The notes below the pieces were generated by a model. It had not been told where the DNA came from, made no database searches, and was given only the letters and a program-made list of their open reading frames with translations. Made by a program: the position numbers and the translations under genes. Shown here one piece after another: positions 1 through 9,691 of a stretch of DNA of 64,000 nt (position 1 is its first letter; each line of letters begins with the position of its first letter). Origin of the DNA: a virus; the IMG/VR virus record IMGVR_UViG_3300042937_000216, positions 58,453 through 122,452 of that record; one strand, 5' to 3'.

Positions 1-75
1 TCGATAAGTGTGACGAATATTTTAATCAATTTGGGGAGTATCTAAACAATACTTTTCCGTTAACTGGAAGATAAT

Positions 76-1362
76 ATGGATTATAAAATCAAAGACATTG
101 GACTTGCGGCGTGGGGTCATAAAGAAATAGCCATTGCTGAAACGGAAATGCCGGGCCTAATGGCAGTACGTGAAGAATACAAAGAATCACAACCACTTAA
201 AGGCGCTCGCATCGCAGGGTCACTACACATGACTATTCAAACTGCGGTACTTGTACAGACTCTGATCGCGCTAGGAGCAACAGTGCGTTGGAGTAGTTGT
301 AATATTTTTAGTACACAAGACCATGCCGCGGCTGCCTTAGCTGACCTGGGTATTCCTGTGTTTGCTTGGAAAGGTGAAACAGAGGAAGAATACTGGGATT
401 GTATTCAACGCACCCTACATGGTCCAGATGGTTGGACACCTAATATGCTATTAGATGATGGACATGATCTAACCTATTATATACACAAACACCACCCGGG
501 CCTATTAGGTAATATCCGTGGAGTGACAGAAGAAACCACAACTGGTATACACAAAATTAACGAAGCAATTGCCAAAGGTCAATTCCACCTGCGTGCTATT
601 AACGTTAACGACTCAGTGACTAAAACTAAGTTTGATAATCTATACGGTTGTCGTGAAAGCCTAGTTGATGCTGTTAAACGTGCTACAGATGTTATGATTG
701 CTGGTAAGATTGCTGTGGTAGCAGGCTATGGCGATGTAGGCAAAGGTTCAGCCGCTAGTCTACGTGCTCTGTCAGCTCAAGTTTGGGTAACTGAAGTAGA
801 TCCAATCTGCGCCTTACAGGCCGCAATGGAAGGTTACAAGGTTGTTACCATGGACTATGCCGCAGACAAAGCAGACATCTTTGTAACAGCCACAGGTAAC
901 ATCAATGTTATCACACACGATCATATGACGGCTATGAAGAACAACGCTATTGTATGTAACATTGGTCACTTTGACAGCGAGATTGATATTGCTAGTATTG
1001 CTGGTTACGAGTGGGATGAAATCAAACCACAGGTAGATCATGTGACCATGCCAAGTGGTCGTAAGATTATTGTTCTAGCTAAGGGACGACTAGTAAACTT
1101 AGGTTGCGGTACAGGACATCCTAGCTTTGTTATGTCAAACAGCTTTACCAATCAAGTGCTAGCACAGATTGAAATGTTCCAAAACTGGGAAGACTACAAT
1201 ACTGGTAGTATTCATTTGTTGCCTAAACACCTAGATGAAAAAGTAGCTAAACTACACCTAGCACAAATTGGTGCGCAACTAACAGAGTTGTCAACGGATC
1301 AAGCTAACTACATTGGCGTTAGAGTAGAAGGTCCATATAAAGCAGAAACATATAGGTACTAA
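76..1362 (+). CDS. ahcY: S-adenosylhomocysteine hydrolase (adenosylhomocysteinase)
   Basis: Motifs [52 protein letters not shown]-binding GYGDVGKG and [17 protein letters not shown]; C-terminus GPYK..YRY. Confidence 0.97.
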   Translation: MDYKIKDIGLAAWGHKEIAIAETEMPGLMAVREEYKESQPLKGARIAGSLHMTIQTAVLVQTLIALGATVRWSSCNIFSTQDHAAAALADLGIPVFAWKGETEEEYWDCIQRTLHGPDGWTPNMLLDDGHDLTYYIHKHHPGLLGNIRGVTEETTTGIHKINEAIAKGQFHLRAINVNDSVTKTKFDNLYGCRESLVDAVKRATDVMIAGKIAVVAGYGDVGKGSAASLRALSAQVWVTEVDPICALQAAMEGYKVVTMDYAADKADIFVTATGNINVITHDHMTAMKNNAIVCNIGHFDSEIDIASIAGYEWDEIKPQVDHVTMPSGRKIIVLAKGRLVNLGCGTGHPSFVMSNSFTNQVLAQIEMFQNWEDYNTGSIHLLPKHLDEKVAKLHLAQIGAQLTELSTDQANYIGVRVEGPYKAETYRY

Positions 1363-1366
1363 GATT

Positions 1367-2464
1367 ATGAAAATAACTAAAATCCCAGGGTTAGGTAGAT
1401 TTGGAGTTATCATTGATGACTTAGATCTTAATAACATTACCAACGAAGAGTGGTTAGCTATTGGCCAGCAACATTTACAGAACCTTGTAACTGTTTTTAG
1501 AAAAGCCAATATAACCAAAGAGCGTCAAATTGAACTGACAAACATGTTAGGTGCTCAACGTTTTGGTACTAAAAATTACTTTATCAACAAGTATAAACAA
1601 CCATGGGATCTTATTATTGCCTTGGCATTGGAAGATGACAAGTCAATTGATAGTTTAGATCGTACAGTGATACGTAGCTGTATTAGTGCGCAAGAGCACA
1701 CAGATACAGGCTACGATATTACACGAGTACAGGGTGGATATGATGCCAACGGCAATCCATTGGGTATGTTTGCTGAAGGTGAATTGTTGTGGCACAGTAA
1801 CGAAAGTGGTACATTAACGTTTACTCCAGGTGTTAGTTTACTAGCGGCCAAAAACGTAGTAGGCAGTGCCACAGGATTCCTGACCACAACTGACTATTAC
1901 GAATCAGTGCCGGATAGTTTTCGCCGTGAGTTAGATGAAATGATAGTCCTACATAGATTTACTCCGGGTAAGATCTGCCCTGGACTAAACAAAAAACAAG
2001 ACATCATTATGAATCTTAACATGTGCCCATATGATGATACAGAAATTCCAATGATCATGACTAGCCCAGGCGGAGTCAAAGGTCTACACTATAGTGTTAA
2101 CACAGTGTGGAGTATCAAAGGCATGACCAAGAAAGAAAGTGATAAAGTCTTTGCTCGTATTAACAAAGAATTATTTGTACCTGAGTACACCTACGATCAT
2201 TGGTATGAAAACGAAGGCGATTGGTTATTATTTGATAACTCAATTACACAGCACAGACGTTTGGGTAATATTAAAGATCGTTTATGCTATCGTATACAGC
2301 ATGACTACACTAATATTCAAAATGGTGTTTGGTATCCTTACGCACAGAAAGATATTCAACGTAGATATGAGCAAGAAATACGTAGATTTATCAAAGCAAC
2401 AGGACATAAAGATTTTAAACTACCACCACGTAGGCTCGCTGACTTTATTCCTTTTTTTAAATAA
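1367..2464 (+). CDS. TauD/TfdA-family 2-oxoglutarate/Fe(II) dioxygenase-like protein
   Basis: N-terminal G.FG.II.DLDL, LLWHSNES, GSATGFLTT.DYY, and the distal H.W...GD.LLFDN...QHRR motif of the TauD family. Confidence 0.75.
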   Translation: MKITKIPGLGRFGVIIDDLDLNNITNEEWLAIGQQHLQNLVTVFRKANITKERQIELTNMLGAQRFGTKNYFINKYKQPWDLIIALALEDDKSIDSLDRTVIRSCISAQEHTDTGYDITRVQGGYDANGNPLGMFAEGELLWHSNESGTLTFTPGVSLLAAKNVVGSATGFLTTTDYYESVPDSFRRELDEMIVLHRFTPGKICPGLNKKQDIIMNLNMCPYDDTEIPMIMTSPGGVKGLHYSVNTVWSIKGMTKKESDKVFARINKELFVPEYTYDHWYENEGDWLLFDNSITQHRRLGNIKDRLCYRIQHDYTNIQNGVWYPYAQKDIQRRYEQEIRRFIKATGHKDFKLPPRRLADFIPFFK

Positions 2465-2467
2465 CTA

Positions 2468-3001
2468 ATGCTTAATCAGTTGATATCTTTTTTTAAATCT
2501 AAAGAAAGTTATAGAACTCTACTAATGTTTGGGTCAGTTACTGACAGTGCCGCGGCAGAAATTACTGTCGACGGCACTATTGTACATTCTGGACCACTGA
2601 CATCTGGTCTATTATTTAAATTTGTAACAAATGTAAAGGTACATGGAACTGTAGACGTTAATATTAAATTAATCTATGGGTCATTTACTATTAATAATAT
2701 TAGAGCCAGATACCCGGCACTAATTAATAATAGTTACCGAGGCTATATAGACTTTCCACAACCAATTAGTCAACCCATTATTGATCACACACTACCACTA
2801 GTAGTCAATGATACTATATCATACAAACATTTTATGTATAATGGACCTAAGCAATGGTTAACAAATTCAAAATCAAACCAGCGTGTTGTAGTAATAGAAG
2901 ATTATTACACAGCGGCCAAAACAGGCGTCATTAAAACAGATTGGCAGTACTACTACAAGACTATTAATATAGAAGAATTAGATAATATAAATCTACACTA
3001 A
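2468..3001 (+). CDS. hypothetical protein
   Basis: 177-aa ORF directly after the dioxygenase; no motif recognised. Confidence 0.6.
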   Translation: MLNQLISFFKSKESYRTLLMFGSVTDSAAAEITVDGTIVHSGPLTSGLLFKFVTNVKVHGTVDVNIKLIYGSFTINNIRARYPALINNSYRGYIDFPQPISQPIIDHTLPLVVNDTISYKHFMYNGPKQWLTNSKSNQRVVVIEDYYTAAKTGVIKTDWQYYYKTINIEELDNINLH

Positions 3002-3140
3002 CTAATTTGCTCAAAAAGCTGTTAAAACCCCGCTAGATCATTATATAATATTTTATTGCTAGTATCAGCCATATAAATAAAACTGTGGCTTATACGCACC
3101 CATGTGGCATAAAAGCAACAATTAACAAAGAGGAAACACA

Positions 3141-4352
3141 ATGAAGAAATTATTATTAGCAACACTATTAGCAAGTATGTACTCTACAGCTAACGCTGGC
3201 ATTCAAATCCCAGCAGGTGACTGGACATTAGACATTGGTGGCGTGGTAAACGCTTACTATACTAATACACGCGGTACAGGTGATGTAGTAGTTGGTGGCC
3301 TTGGTGGTCCTAACAGCACAGGCCAACGTAATGAATCAAATATTACAACTGGTTTATTACCAAACGTATTATCAGTTTCTGGTAAATCACGTCAAAATGA
3401 TTTAGACATCGGTTTTACTATCGCAATTAATCCAGGCGCTTCAACTACAGCGGCTGGTGATCAAGGCGCTAACCAAGAAAATCGTCAAGCATTTTTAACC
3501 ATTGGTGACAAATCATGGGGTAGCGTAAAACTAGGTAAAGACCTAGGCATTTTCGCTAGTGATGCTATCTTAAATGATATGACATTGTTGGGTGTAGGTT
3601 CTGGTGCTGGCGCACTAGCTGGTAACACAACAACATTGGGTCGTATTGGTACTGGCTTCATGTACGCTGATTGGAAATCACAAATTGCTTACACATCACC
3701 AAACTTTAATGGCTTTAGCTTTACGGCTGGTGTAACACAAGCATGGAATGCTCAAACAGCTGACCTAAGTGCTGTGACTGCGGGTGTACAAGCTGCTTCA
3801 GCAACTTCAACAGGCCGTGGCGGTGCTCAACCAGCATTTGAAGGTAAACTATCATACTCATTAGAAGGTCCTATCGCTGCTAAAGTATGGTCAAGTGCTA
3901 TTTCACAAAAAGTTGAAGGTGTAACTGGCTCTGCAGCAGATGACCGCGCTTATGCTTGGGACGTTGGTACAAACTTGGCTGCTGGCCCATATGGTTTAAC
4001 TGCTTACTACTTTGATGGTAAAGGTATTGGCCGTACACTACAATTAGCTGATGGTTTTGATACTACTGGTCGCCGTCGTGATTCAAACGGCGGATACGTT
4101 CAAGGTACATACACATTGCCTACAGCTACTAAACTTGGCGTAAGCTGGGGTCAAAGTAAACTAGATCGTAATAGTGGTGAAACAGCTACCGCATTAGTTT
4201 CGAAAAACGAAATGTGGACAGTTGGTGCTTATCACCCACTTACAAAACACGTTAATCTAGTTGCTGAATACTCAGACGTTAAATCAGAAGCACAAAATGG
4301 TGCTGAAGGTAAATCACGTTCAGTATCAGCAGGTGCTATCTTATTCTTCTAA
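3141..4352 (+). CDS. Gram-negative outer-membrane porin
   Basis: Signal peptide (MKKLLLATLLA...ANA), RQAFLTIG..WGSVKLGKD, YTSP.FNGFSF beta-strand pattern, terminal Phe; SD GAGGA; TATAAATA at 3072-3079. Confidence 0.88.
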   Translation: MKKLLLATLLASMYSTANAGIQIPAGDWTLDIGGVVNAYYTNTRGTGDVVVGGLGGPNSTGQRNESNITTGLLPNVLSVSGKSRQNDLDIGFTIAINPGASTTAAGDQGANQENRQAFLTIGDKSWGSVKLGKDLGIFASDAILNDMTLLGVGSGAGALAGNTTTLGRIGTGFMYADWKSQIAYTSPNFNGFSFTAGVTQAWNAQTADLSAVTAGVQAASATSTGRGGAQPAFEGKLSYSLEGPIAAKVWSSAISQKVEGVTGSAADDRAYAWDVGTNLAAGPYGLTAYYFDGKGIGRTLQLADGFDTTGRRRDSNGGYVQGTYTLPTATKLGVSWGQSKLDRNSGETATALVSKNEMWTVGAYHPLTKHVNLVAEYSDVKSEAQNGAEGKSRSVSAGAILFF

Positions 4353-4375
4353 GATTTACTTCTTAGTTTAATAAT

Positions 4376-4403
4376 TAAAAAGCCCCTTAACTGGGGCTTT
4401 TTT
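4376..4403 (+). terminator. Rho-independent terminator
   Basis: AAAAAGCCCC-TTAACT-GGGGCTTTTTT hairpin plus U-tract after the porin. Confidence 0.85.
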
Positions 4404-4407
4404 ACGG

Positions 4408-4447
4408 CTGTAATAAAAATTTAATCTGTTTGTAACACTACTGTAAT
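4408..4447 (+). promoter_or_regulatory. Pho box-like array (PhoB-binding direct repeats)
   Basis: Four heptamers on an exact 11-bp period: CTGTAAT (4408), ATTTAAT (4419), TTGTAAC (4430), CTGTAAT (4441); E. coli consensus is CTGTCAT-N4; lies upstream of a phosphate-porin-like gene. Confidence 0.75.
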
Positions 4448-4485
4448 CTTTGTGTGTTTAAATAATATATATAAGGGGAATATTA

Positions 4486-5913
4486 ATGACCATACAAAAG
4501 ATTAAATCAATAATGTATTATGTAGTGATAGCACTAGCAGTATCAGTTGCAGGATTAAAGCAAGCGCATGCCGACAGCACTAGCGACATTGTTAACGCAC
4601 TAGTTATGAAGGGTGTACTTACAGAAGAAGAAGGCGCACTTATAACCAAAGGACACAGCGGAGAAAAAGTAGCTGCTAAAAAAGAAAAAGACACTACTGT
4701 ACATGCGGCTAGTAAAATGAACATTCGTGGCTATTTACAAGTGCGCAATACTACTATGCTTAGTGGTGACGAAGGAGTCAACCTTTGGTCAGATCGATCT
4801 GTAGGTAATAAAAACTCTCTTGCTGATCAAGACAAAAACTTTCTTATCCGTCGAGCACGTGTGATCATTTCTGGTTCAGCTGGTGATCGTTTAGATTACT
4901 ATATTCAACCCGACTTTGCTAGTACAGCAGGTACCACAGGTAACGTTGCTCAACTACGTGATGCTTACGGTGACGTGAATCTAACCAAAGACAAAGTACA
5001 TCGTGTACGTGTAGGCCAAAGTAAAGTACCATATGGCTTTGAGAATTTACAATCTTCACAAAATCGGTTAGCACTTGATCGTGCTGACGCATTTAATAGT
5101 GCGGTGCGTGATGAACGTGATTTAGGTGCGTTCTACTACTACACACCTGATAATATACAAAAGCTGTTTAAAGAAATACAAGATGCAGGATTAAAACATT
5201 CAGGAAACTACGGTATGTTTGGCATTGGTGTGTATAACGGTCAAGGTGCTAACCAACAAGATCGTAATGATAATTACCACACAGTAGCACGTCTTACTTA
5301 CCCATGGAAAACAGAAAGCGGCCAAATATACGAAGCTGGTGTACAAGGTTATACAGGCAAGTATGTAAGAACAGGTAGTGCGTATAGAAGAAATATGGGC
5401 AACAACGTTTACGCAACTAAAACACCAACATTAGAACCAGGCAACACCACTGGATTCAAAGACGAACGTATGGGTGTAAGTTTTATGATGTACCCACAAC
5501 CGTTTGGTCTACAAGGTGAGTGGAACTGGGGCAAAACTCCTGGCTTAGATACTACTGCTAGTACTGATGGTATTATTAAAGAAACTAACTTGAACGGTGG
5601 CTACATTCAAACTATGTATAAAATTGATCACTTCAAAGTTGGCGATACTGATGGTACACTAATTCCATTTGTTAGATGGCAATACTTTGATGGTGCGTCA
5701 AAAGCAGAAACTAACTCACCGATGAATAAAGTTAACGACTGGGAAGCAGGTGCTGAATGGCAAATTGCGCCAGAAGTTGAACTTGTGGCTTACTATCATC
5801 ATATGAATCGTAGCAATTTAGTAACTGGAGCATCGTCTACTACAATAGTAAAACAAGACTATGCTAACTTTAAAGCAGACGCTTTACGTGTTCAACTACA
5901 GTATAACTTTTAG
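4486..5913 (+). CDS. phosphate-selective porin OprO/OprP family
   Basis: Signal peptide, F.IRRARV.ISG, LRDAYGD, RVGQSKVPYGFENLQSSQNR, RDLG, GVYNGQG, C-terminal LQYNF. Confidence 0.85.
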   Translation: MTIQKIKSIMYYVVIALAVSVAGLKQAHADSTSDIVNALVMKGVLTEEEGALITKGHSGEKVAAKKEKDTTVHAASKMNIRGYLQVRNTTMLSGDEGVNLWSDRSVGNKNSLADQDKNFLIRRARVIISGSAGDRLDYYIQPDFASTAGTTGNVAQLRDAYGDVNLTKDKVHRVRVGQSKVPYGFENLQSSQNRLALDRADAFNSAVRDERDLGAFYYYTPDNIQKLFKEIQDAGLKHSGNYGMFGIGVYNGQGANQQDRNDNYHTVARLTYPWKTESGQIYEAGVQGYTGKYVRTGSAYRRNMGNNVYATKTPTLEPGNTTGFKDERMGVSFMMYPQPFGLQGEWNWGKTPGLDTTASTDGIIKETNLNGGYIQTMYKIDHFKVGDTDGTLIPFVRWQYFDGASKAETNSPMNKVNDWEAGAEWQIAPEVELVAYYHHMNRSNLVTGASSTTIVKQDYANFKADALRVQLQYNF

Positions 5914-5921
5914 GGAAAACT

Positions 5922-6011
5922 ATGTTTGAGATTTTTATAGAAGCAATAACAGATATTAGTAGTGTGTTATTGGTATTGGCGGCCATTGGCGTATGGTCAC
6001 TAGTCCCTTAA
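5922..6011 (+). CDS. small hydrophobic peptide (29 aa, MFEIFIEAITDISSVLLVLAAIGVWSLVP)
   Basis: Translated by hand; AGGGA upstream; fills the gap between the porin and the phosphoesterase. Confidence 0.45.
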   Translation: MFEIFIEAITDISSVLLVLAAIGVWSLVP

Positions 6012-6757
6012 TTAGATATAAAACAATCTGTATATCGGACTTTCATCTTGGGACTAAAGATGCTAAAGCTGAATTGCTGAATAACTTTCTCAAACATCAC
6101 ACCTGTGATAATCTATTCCTAATAGGTGACATCATTGACGGGTGGAAAATCCAACAGAACAAATGGGCTTGGAAACAAGCGCATACTAATGTTATTCGAC
6201 GAATATTAGGTTACAGTAAACGAGGATGTAATGTAACTTATGTGACAGGTAACCATGACGAATTCCTCCGTCCTCTGGTACAACATCATTTTAGTCTAGG
6301 TAGAATACGTATCGTTAATCAAGCAGAGTATCGCAGTGTTGATGGAGAATTATTCCTAATCACCCACGGTGATATGTTTGATGGTATTACTAGACTAGCA
6401 CCGTGGATTGGATTCTTGGGCGACAAAGCCTATGATGTAGCTTTATGGTTTAACAACTATTTTAACTTTGCTAGACAACGATTAGGCTTTGGCTACTGGA
6501 GTTTGAGCAAGTATCTCAAACATAAAGTTAAAAAAGCCATTGACTTTGTGTTTAAGTTTGAAACTAACCTAACTGACTATGCGGCTAAACGTGGATATGA
6601 TGGTGTAATCTGCGGACACATACACACACCAGAAATCAAACACATGCCTAATGGTATGATCTATATGAATGATGGGGACTGGGTAGAAAGCTGTAGTGCT
6701 CTAGTTGAGCATGATGACGGACGATGGACAATAGTCTATTGGAATCATATAATCTAA
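5993..6757 (+). CDS. metallophosphoesterase, PlcP / UDP-2,3-diacylglucosamine hydrolase-like family
   Basis: ISDFHLG, GDIIDGW, GNHDEFLR, HGDMFD, GVICGHIH, YMNDGDWVESCSAL motifs. Confidence 0.85.
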   Translation: MVTSPLIRYKTICISDFHLGTKDAKAELLNNFLKHHTCDNLFLIGDIIDGWKIQQNKWAWKQAHTNVIRRILGYSKRGCNVTYVTGNHDEFLRPLVQHHFSLGRIRIVNQAEYRSVDGELFLITHGDMFDGITRLAPWIGFLGDKAYDVALWFNNYFNFARQRLGFGYWSLSKYLKHKVKKAIDFVFKFETNLTDYAAKRGYDGVICGHIHTPEIKHMPNGMIYMNDGDWVESCSALVEHDDGRWTIVYWNHII

Positions 6758-6930
6758 TGAGTTGGATACTATTGATACTAGTAGTAAACACAACTGACCC
6801 AAAAGATATACCGGGCAAGGTTACGCTTGAATTTGCTAATGAAACACAGTGCGAAGAGGCTAAACAATCATTGACCTATTGGTTAAAATTTGATACATTC
6901 AAAATACAAGCACAATGTTTAAAAAAATAA
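6757..6930 (+). CDS. small hypothetical secreted or membrane protein
   Basis: ATG overlaps the previous stop; hydrophobic N-terminus MSWILLILVV. Confidence 0.6.
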   Translation: MSWILLILVVNTTDPKDIPGKVTLEFANETQCEEAKQSLTYWLKFDTFKIQAQCLKK

Positions 6931-6945
6931 CATGTATATCTATCC

Positions 6946-6973
6946 AAAAAGGCATCTTTTGGTGCCTTTTTTC
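6946..6973 (+). terminator. Rho-independent terminator
   Basis: AAAAAGGCATC-TTTT-GGTGCCTTTTTT. Confidence 0.8.
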
Positions 6974-7048
6974 TTGACTATTGAGTCTGTTTATGTTACT
7001 ATTGTAGAGTTAACACTCGTATTAAAACTTATATAAGGAAACACAAAC

Positions 7049-7204
7049 ATGTTTGATTCAATTGAAATTCGTAAAGTAACAAATGGTTTTATTGTAATTC
7101 TTAACACAGAAGATGACGCTAACGAATATGTGTTCGACACTAGTCGTAAAGCAATTAAATTCATCAAAGAATACGTTGAAGCTAAAGTAACACAACCAGC
7201 ATAA
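7049..7204 (+). CDS. small hypothetical protein (51 aa, MFDSIEIRKVTNGFIVILN...)
   Basis: Below the ORF-track cutoff; SD AAGGA; promoter TTGACT(6974)-N17-TACTAT(6997). Confidence 0.7.
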   Translation: MFDSIEIRKVTNGFIVILNTEDDANEYVFDTSRKAIKFIKEYVEAKVTQPA

Positions 7205-7272
7205 TTTTTGCCTCGAAACAGGCTAAAATAAATACATTATAGCAAGAAATTCAACGAAAAGTGGAGAAATCA

Positions 7273-8301
7273 ATGTCAAAAACCGTTCTTGTAACTGGTG
7301 GAGCAGGCTTTATTGCGCATCACGTTATTGAAAACCTATTAAGAAATACCGATTGGAATATTGTTAGTTTAGATCGTCTAGACTTTAGTGGTAACCTAAA
7401 CCGCTTGAGTGATATGATGGCAAACTTTGATCAGGAAACACGTAAGCGTGTTAAGGTTGTATTCCATGACCTACGTGCTGAATTAAACCCAATGGTGGCT
7501 CGTGACATTGGAGATGTAAACTATGTACTACATTTAGCCGCAGGATCACATGTTGATCGCTCAATTGAGTTCCCAATGGAGTTTGTTTGGGACAACGTAG
7601 TTGGCACAGGCCACATCTTAGAGTTTGCTCGCAAACTACCTAACCTAGAACGCTTTATCTACTTCTCAACAGATGAAGTATTTGGTCCAGCACCTAATGG
7701 TGTTAACTATGGTGAGCGTGATCGTTACAACTCAAGCAATCCATACTCAGCTACCAAAGCTGGTGGTGAAGAGCTAGCTGTAGCGTTTGAAAATACCTAC
7801 AAGATGCCTATCTACATTACGCATACAATGAACGTGTTTGGCCAACGTCAACACCCAGAGAAGTTTATTCCTATGTGTATTCGTAAGGTAAACGATGGCG
7901 ACGCTATTACTATCCACAGTGACAGCACACGTACAATCCCTGGTAGTCGTTTCTATATTCATGCGGCAGACGTAGCTGATGCTATGTTTTTCTTGTTAGG
8001 CTTAGACCCAAGCAAACTAGAAGCAGACTACGGTGATGCTAAATGTCCTAAGTTTAACTTAGTAGGTAAACAAGAAATCAACAATCTACAATTAGCACAG
8101 ATCATTGCTGATGCTCAGGGCAAAGAACTTAAGTATGAAATGGTAGACTTCCATAGCAGTCGTCCGGGGCATGATTTACGTTATGCTCTAAGCGGTGACT
8201 ATATGCGTAAGTTAGGTTGGGAACCTAAGGTTAGCCTAACTGATCGTATTGGTGAAGTAGTACAATGGACTTTAGATAACGAGAGATGGTTACGATGCTA
8301 A
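7273..8301 (+). CDS. rfbB: dTDP-glucose 4,6-dehydratase (RmlB/RfbB-like)
   Basis: VLVTGGAGFI, HLAAGSHVDRSI, STDEVFG, PYSATK, RPGHDLRYAL; GGAG SD favours ATG 7273 over GTG 7261. Confidence 0.9.
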   Translation: MSKTVLVTGGAGFIAHHVIENLLRNTDWNIVSLDRLDFSGNLNRLSDMMANFDQETRKRVKVVFHDLRAELNPMVARDIGDVNYVLHLAAGSHVDRSIEFPMEFVWDNVVGTGHILEFARKLPNLERFIYFSTDEVFGPAPNGVNYGERDRYNSSNPYSATKAGGEELAVAFENTYKMPIYITHTMNVFGQRQHPEKFIPMCIRKVNDGDAITIHSDSTRTIPGSRFYIHAADVADAMFFLLGLDPSKLEADYGDAKCPKFNLVGKQEINNLQLAQIIADAQGKELKYEMVDFHSSRPGHDLRYALSGDYMRKLGWEPKVSLTDRIGEVVQWTLDNERWLRC

Positions 8302-8957
8302 TAGATATTTTTAAAAATCTTGACCGTCATTGCGGCAAGTGGAGTCACTACTTTGACATCTACGAGCAACACTTTAGCAAGTTTGTAGGTAAGAAGCCTG
8401 TGGTAGTTGAAGTTGGTATTTGCCGTGGTGGCAGTGCCGAAATGTGGCAGAAGTATTTTGGTGAAGGTGCTACTATCATTGGTATTGACATTGATCCTAA
8501 TGCTTTCAAACCAGAACACCAAACACCGGGTTGTATACAGGTAAATGGTAACCAAGCAGATCCAGCGTTTTGGGATGAGTTCCTAAAAGAACATCCACAA
8601 ATTGATGTGTTCTTAGATGACGGTAGTCATGTTTGCCCACATCAAATCCTTACCCTACAAAAGGTATGGCCTGCTATTACACAAGGCGGTGTGTACATGT
8701 GTGAAGATACACACACCAACTACTGGCCAGAATACGGCGGCGGACTTAAAAATCCTAGCACATTCCTACAGTATGCTAAAATGGTATCCGATACTATGAA
8801 TAGTAGCTATTACAAAGGTATGGACCAACATCCAGACAATATGATGTTTGCTGACTTCTACAAAGATCTAGTAGGCATGCACTTCTATGACAGCGTAGTA
8901 GTAATGGATAAAAACGTTAAACAACCAATCACTAACCTATTGAGTACACCAGTATGA
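8295..8957 (+). CDS. class I SAM-dependent methyltransferase
   Basis: KWSHYF.IYE, VEVGI..GGS, IIGIDID, DDGSH, GGVYMCED. Confidence 0.85.
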   Translation: MLIDIFKNLDRHCGKWSHYFDIYEQHFSKFVGKKPVVVEVGICRGGSAEMWQKYFGEGATIIGIDIDPNAFKPEHQTPGCIQVNGNQADPAFWDEFLKEHPQIDVFLDDGSHVCPHQILTLQKVWPAITQGGVYMCEDTHTNYWPEYGGGLKNPSTFLQYAKMVSDTMNSSYYKGMDQHPDNMMFADFYKDLVGMHFYDSVVVMDKNVKQPITNLLSTPV

Positions 8958-9691
8958 AAAACATAGTCCTTTTAACTTCAGCAGTATATAGCAACTACGG
9001 CATTTACACAGCAGAGCAACGTATCCAGCAGACATTGGACACAGCCAAAAGTGCTAAAGAACGTATCCCAGGTGCGGTTATTATTTTAATTGACAACAGC
9101 AAAGTTGACGTACAAAATGATGACAGCGCAGAGTTTAATGAATTAATTGACCTAGTTGATTACTACATTGACAACAGCGATGACGCAGATATCAAACACT
9201 TCCACGAAAATGTCAGCAATTACGACATTGGTAAAAACTCTATGGAAGCGTTGGGTATTATCAAAGCATTGAACTACATCAAAACTGATGAAGACATGCT
9301 GAAAGAAGTCAACAGTGCTGGCCGCATTTTTAAACTCAGTGGTAGATATATAGTCAATGATAAGTTTGATATTAAACATTTTGACAATGCCAAGACCAAA
9401 GACAAGTATGTGTTTAAGAAACGTCAAGCTAGTTGGATTCCACAAACTGACACTGGTGTAGACTATCTACTACAGACTCGTTTATATAGTTTCACTCCTG
9501 GCCTACTTGATGAGACCATTGAGCTGTTCCAAAAGATCATTGAGAATATGTTTGCCACATTCAATCAACAAAAATATATTGATGTTGAACACAGCATGGC
9601 TAAATTTATTCCAGCAGACAAATTAGTTGAATTGGACGTTGTTGGCCTACAAGGCAACATTGCTCCAAATGGCATGATGATCATCGACTAA
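8954..9691 (+). CDS. putative glycosyltransferase-like protein
   Basis: Lies in the sugar cluster; IDNS and IFKLSGRY motifs seen in GT-A-like phage proteins. Confidence 0.5.
   Translation: MKNIVLLTSAVYSNYGIYTAEQRIQQTLDTAKSAKERIPGAVIILIDNSKVDVQNDDSAEFNELIDLVDYYIDNSDDADIKHFHENVSNYDIGKNSMEALGIIKALNYIKTDEDMLKEVNSAGRIFKLSGRYIVNDKFDIKHFDNAKTKDKYVFKKRQASWIPQTDTGVDYLLQTRLYSFTPGLLDETIELFQKIIENMFATFNQQKYIDVEHSMAKFIPADKLVELDVVGLQGNIAPNGMMIID

Noticed and set aside
1-75. SAH riboswitch upstream of ahcY
   Set aside because: No recognisable riboswitch structure in the 75 nt available; anything further upstream is outside the window.
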